Source: Nemertoderma westbladi (lineage: Eukaryota > Animalia > Xenacoelomorpha). From it: a stretch of 64,000 nt of DNA. The notes below the pieces were generated by a model that saw only the letters and a list, made by a program, of their open reading frames with translations, did not search any database and was not told the DNA's origin. The stretch covers positions 62,001-126,000 of the forward strand of contig JAUCBJ010002937.1 of NCBI GenBank assembly GCA_032718475.1, given 5' to 3'. Below are positions 57,901-64,000 of this stretch, one piece after another. A program made the position numbers and the translations under genes. The first letter of the stretch is position 1. Each line of letters begins with the position of its first letter.

Positions 57901-60900
57901 CCAAACATATCGGTATTCAATACAATGACATGGGGACCCTTTCTGTGCATATCGGTATTCAATACAATGACATGGGGACCCTTTCTGTCCCAAACATATC
58001 GGTATTCAATACAATGACATGGGGACCCTTTCTGTCCCAACATATCGGTATTCAATACAATGACATGGGGACCCTTTCTGTCCCAACATATCGGTATTCA
58101 ATACAATGACATGGGGACCCTTTCTGTCCCAAACATATCGGTATTCAATACAATGACATGGGGACCCTTTCTGTGCATATCGGTATTTAATACAATGACA
58201 TGGGGACCCTTTCTGTCCCAAACATATCGGTATTCAATACAATGACATGGGGACCCTTTCTGTCCCAAACATATCGGTATTCAATACAATGACATGGGGA
58301 CCCTTTCTGTGCATATCGGTATTCAATACAATGACATGGGGACCCTTTCTGTGCATATCGGTATTCAATACAATGACATGGGGACCCTTTCTGTGCATAT
58401 CGGTATTCAATACAATGACATGGGGACCCTTTCTGTGCATATCGGTATTCAATACAATGACATGGGGACCCTTTCTGTGCATATCGGTATTCAATACAAT
58501 GACATGGGGACCCTTTCTGTCCCAAACATATCGGTATTCAATACAATGACATGGGGACCCTTTCTGTCCCAAACATATCGGTATTCAATACAATGACATG
58601 GGGACCCTTTCTGTCCCAAACATATCGGTATTCAATACAATGACATGGGGACCCTTTCTGTCCCAAACATATCGGTATTCAATACAATGACATGGGGACC
58701 CTTTCTGTCCCAAACATATCGGTATTCAATACAATGACATGGGGACCCTTTCTGTGCATATCGGTATTCAATACAATGACATGGGGACCCTTTCTGTGCA
58801 TATCGGTATTCAATACAATGACATGGGGACCCTTTCTGTGCATATCGGTATTCAATACAATGACATGGGGACCCTTTCTGTGCATATCGGTATTCAATAC
58901 AATGACATGGGGACCCTTTCTGTGCATATCGGTATTCAATACAATGACATGGGGACCCTTTCTGTGCATATCGGTATTCAATACAATGACATGGGGACCC
59001 TTTCTGTCCCAAACATATCGGTATTCAATACAATGACATGGGGACCCTTTCTGTCCCAAACATATCGGTATTCAATACAATGACATGGGGACCCTTTCTG
59101 TGCATATCGGTATTCAATACAATGACATGGGGACCCTTTCTGTGCATATCGGTATTCAATACAATGACATGGGGACCCTTTCTGTCCCAAACATATCGAT
59201 ATTCAATACAATGACATGGGGACCCTTTCTGTCCCGAACATATCGGTATTTAATACAATGACATGGGGACCCTTTCTGTACATATCGGTATTCAATACAA
59301 TGACATGGGGACCCTTTCTGTGCATATCGGTATTCAATACAATGACATGGGGACCCTTTCTGTGCATATCGGTATTCAATACAATGACATGGGGACCCTT
59401 TCTGTCCCAAACATATCGGTATTCAATACAATGACATGGGGACTCTTTCTGTGCATATCGGTATTCAATACAATGACATGGGGACCCTTTCTGTGCATAT
59501 CGGTATTCAATACAATGACATGGGGACTCTTTCTGTCCCAAACATATCGGTATTTAATACAATGACATGGGGACCCTTTCTGTGCATATCGGTATTCAAT
59601 ACAATGACATGGGGACCCTTTCTGTCCCAAACATATCGATATTCAATACAATGACATGGGGACCCTTTCTGTCCCAAACATATCGATATTCAATACAATG
59701 ACATGGGGACTCTTTCTGTGCATATCGGTATTCAATACAATGACATGGGGACCCTTTCTGTCCCAAACATATCGATATTCAATACAATGACATGGGGACC
59801 CTTTCTGTCCCAAACATATCGATATTCAATACAATGACATGGGGACCCTTTCTGTCCCAAACATATCGATATTCAATACAATGACATGGGGACCCTTTCT
59901 GTCCCAAACATATCGGTATTCAATACAATGACATGGGGACCCTTTCTGTGCATATCGGTATTCAATACAATGACATGGGGACTCTTTCTGTGCATATCGG
60001 TATTTAATACAATGACATGGGGACCCTTTCTGTCCCAAACATATCGATATTCAATACAATGACATGGGGACCCTTTCTGTCCCAAACATATCGATATTCA
60101 ATACAATGACATGGGGACCCTTTCTGTCCCAAACATATCGATATTCAATACAATGACATGGGGACCCTTTCTGTGCATATCGGTATTCAATACAATGACA
60201 TGGGGACCCTTTCTGTGCATATCGGTATTCAATACAATGACATGGGGACCCTTTCTGTGCATATCGGTATTCAATACAATGACATGGGGACTCTTTCTGT
60301 CCCAAACATATCGGTATTCAATACAATGACATGGGGACTCTTTCTGTGCATATCGGTATTCAATACAATGACATGGGGACCCTTTCTGTGCATATCGGTA
60401 TTCAATACAATGACATGGGGACTCTTTCTGTCCCAAACATATCGGTATTTAATACAATGACATGGGGACCCTTTCTGTGCATATCGGTATTCAATACAAT
60501 GACATGGGGACCCTTTCTGTCCCAAACATATCGATATTCAATACAATGACATGGGGACCCTTTCTGTCCCAAACATATCGATATTCAATACAATGACATG
60601 GGGACTCTTTCTGTGCATATCGGTATTCAATACAATGACATGGGGACCCTTTCTGTCCCAAACATATCGATATTCAATACAATGACATGGGGACCCTTTC
60701 TGTCCCAAACATATCGATATTCAATACAATGACATGGGGACCCTTTCTGTCCCAAACATATCGATATTCAATACAATGACATGGGGACCCTTTCTGTCCC
60801 AAACATATCGGTATTCAATACAATGACATGGGGACCCTTTCTGTGCATATCGGTATTCAATACAATGACATGGGGACTCTTTCTGTGCATATCGGTATTT

Positions 60901-63900
60901 AATACAATGACATGGGGACCCTTTCTGTCCCAAACATATCGATATTCAATACAATGACATGGGGACCCTTTCTGTCCCAAACATATCGATATTCAATACA
61001 ATGACATGGGGACCCTTTCTGTGCATATCGGTATTCAATACAATGACATGGGGACTCTTTCTGTGCATATCGGTATTCAATACAATGACATGGGGACCCT
61101 TTCTGTCCCGAACATATCGGTATTCAATACAATGACATGGGGACTCTTTCTGTCCCAAACATATCGGTATTTAATACAATGACATGGGGACCCTTTCTGT
61201 CCCAAACATATCGGTATTCAATACAATGACATGGGGACCCTTTCTGTCCCGAACATATCGGTATTCAATACAATGACATGGGGACCCTTTCTGTGCATAT
61301 CGGTATTCAATACAATGACATGGGGACCCTTTCTGTGCATATCGGTATTCAATACAATGACATGGGGACCCTTTCTGTCCCGAACATATCGGTATTTAAT
61401 ACAATGACATGGGGACCCTTTCTGTGCATATCGGTATTCAATACAATGACATGGGGACCCTTTCTGTGCATATCGGTATTTAATACAATGACATGGGGAC
61501 CCTTTCTGTGCATATCGGTATTTAATACAATGACATGGGGACCCTTTCTGTGCATATCGGTATTTAATACAATGACATGGGGACCCTTTCTGTGCATATC
61601 GGTATTTAATACAATGACATGGGGACCCTTTCTGTGCATATCGGTATTTAATACAATGACATGGGGACCCTTTCTGTCCCGAACATATCGGTATTCAATA
61701 CAATGACATGGGGACCCTTTCTGTGCATATCGGTAATCAATACAATGACATGGGGACCCTTTCTGTGCATATCGGTATTCAATACAATGACATGGGGACC
61801 CTTTCTGTGCATATCGGTATTCAATACAATGACATGGGGACCCTTTCTGTCCCGAACATATCGGTATTTAATACAATGACATGGGGACCCTTTCTGTGCA
61901 TATCGGTATTCAATACAATGACATGGGGACCCTTTCTGTGCATATCGGTATTTAATACAATGACATGGGGACCCTTTCTGTGCATATCGGTATTTAATAC
62001 AATGACATGGGGACCCTTTCTGTGCATATCGGTATTTAATACAATGACATGGGGACCCTTTCTGTGCATATCGGTATTTAATACAATGACATGGGGACCC
62101 TTTCTGTGCATATCGGTATTCAATACAATGACATGGGGACTCTTTCTGTGCATATCGGTATTCAATACAATGACATGGGGACCCTTTCTGTCCCAAACAT
62201 ATCGGTATTTAATACAATGACATGGGGACCCTTTCTGTCCCAAACATATCGGTATTCAATACAATGACATGGGGACTCTTTCTGTCCCAAACATATCGGT
62301 ATTTAATACAATGACATGGGGACCCTTTCTGTCCCAAACATATCGGTATTCAATACAATGACATGGGGACCCTTTCTGTCCCGAACATATCGGTATTCAA
62401 TACAATGACATGGGGACCCTTTCTGTGCATATCGGTATTTAATACAATGACATGGGGACCCTTTCTGTGCATATCGGTATTTAATACAATGACATGGGGA
62501 CCCTTTCTGTGCATATCGGTATTTAATACAATGACATGGGGACCCTTTCTGTGCATATCGGTATTTAATACAATGACATGGGGACCCTTTCTGTGCATAT
62601 CGGTATTTAATACAATGACATGGGGACCCTTTCTGTCCCAAACATATCGGTATTCAATACAATGACATGGGGACCCTTTCTGTGCATATCGGTATTTAAT
62701 ACAATGACATGGGGACCCTTTCTGTGCATATCGGTATTTAATACAATGACATGGGGACCCTTTCTGTGCATATCGGTATTTAATACAATGACATGGGGAC
62801 CCTTTCTGTCCCAAACATATCGGTATTCAATACAATGACATGGGGACCCTTTCTGTCCCAAACATATCGGTATTCAATACAATGACATGGGGACCCTTTC
62901 TGTCCCAAACATATCGGTATTCAATACAATGACATGGGGACCCTTTCTGTGCATATCGGTATTCAATACAATGACATGGGGACCCTTTCTGTCCCGAACA
63001 TATCGGTATTCAATACAATGACATGGGGACCCTTTCTGTGCATATCGGTATTCAATACAATGACATGGGGACCCTTTCTGTCCCGAACATATCGGTATTT
63101 AATACAATGACATGGGGACCCTTTCTGTGCATATCGGTATTCAATACAATGACATGGGGACCCTTTCTGTGCATATCGGTATTTAATACAATGACATGGG
63201 GACCCTTTCTGTCGCATATCGGTATTTAATACAATGACATGGGGACCCTTTCTGTGCATATCGGTATTTAATACAATGACATGGGGACCCTTTCTGTGCA
63301 TATCGGTATTTAATACAATGACATGGGGACCCTTTCTGTGCATATCGGTATTTAATACAATGACATGGGGACCCTTTCTGTCCCGAACATATCGGTATTC
63401 AATACAATGACATGGGGACCCTTTCTGTGCATATCGGTATTTAATACAATGACATGGGGACCCTTTCTGTCCCAAACATATCGGTATTCAATACAATGAC
63501 ATGGGGACCCTTTCTGTCCCGAACATATCGGTATTTAATACAATGACATGGGGACCCTTTCTGTGCATATCGGTATTCAATACAATGACATGGGGACCCT
63601 TTCTGTGCATATCGGTATTCAATACAATGACATGGGGACCCTTTCTGTCCCAAACATATCGGTATTCAATACAATGACATGGGGACCCTTTCTGTGCATA
63701 TCGGTATTCAATACAATGACATGGGGACCCTTTCTGTCCCGAACATATCGGTATTCAATACAATGACATGGGGACCCTTTCTGTGCATATCGGTATTTAA
63801 TACAATGACATGGGGACCCTTTCTGTGCATATCGGTATTTAATACAATGACATGGGGACCCTTTCTGTCCCAACATATCGGTATTCAATACAATGACATG

Positions 63901-64000
63901 GGGACCCTTTCTGTCCCAAACATATCGGTATTCAATACAATGACATGGGGACCCTTTCTGTCCCGAACATATCGGTATTTAATACAATGACATGGGGACC
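48908..64000. repeat. Satellite B, interleaved 42-bp and 47-bp monomers
   Basis: TATTCAATACAATGACATGGGGACCCTTTCTGT-[G or CCCAAA]-CATATCGG tandem to the window end. Confidence 0.99.

Noticed and set aside
48873-63990. Many repetitive ORFs (QKGSPCHCIEYRYA, HRKGPHVIVLNTDM and others)
   Set aside because: A 42-bp unit is a multiple of 3, so stop-free frames arise automatically on both strands and shift at every 47-bp unit. There is no evidence of coding.

Overview
Eukaryotic (probably invertebrate animal) heterochromatin-like DNA with no recognisable host gene. Positions 1-48909 are a 24/25-bp satellite (sat-A, CCTCTGTTAGAGCCAGTAAGGTCAG / CCACTGTTAGAGCCAGTAAGGTAG) interrupted by four insertions. 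(1) A 530-bp LINE 3' end. (2) A 2.8-kb non-coding element with a 9-bp target-site duplication (TSD) and no terminal inverted repeats (TIRs). (3) A 17.1-kb nest: a 5'-truncated RTE LINE contains a CR1-type LINE (itself carrying a Helentron-like element) and a full-length BEL/Pao LTR retrotransposon with apparently identical LTRs (itself carrying a Kolobok-like MITE). (4) A 3.5-kb RTE-group LINE with an intact ORF2. At 48908 the DNA switches abruptly to an unrelated, very homogeneous satellite (sat-B) of interleaved 42-bp and 47-bp monomers that runs to the window end. All ORFs in the satellites are artefacts. I found no convincing new biological system. The most notable points are the perfectly restorable reading frames in the nest, an anomalous BEL right junction, a cryptic in-frame N-terminal extension of the BEL polyprotein, the unclassified 9-bp-TSD element and the two-state sat-B array. 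Coordinates were read by eye and may be off by a few bases.
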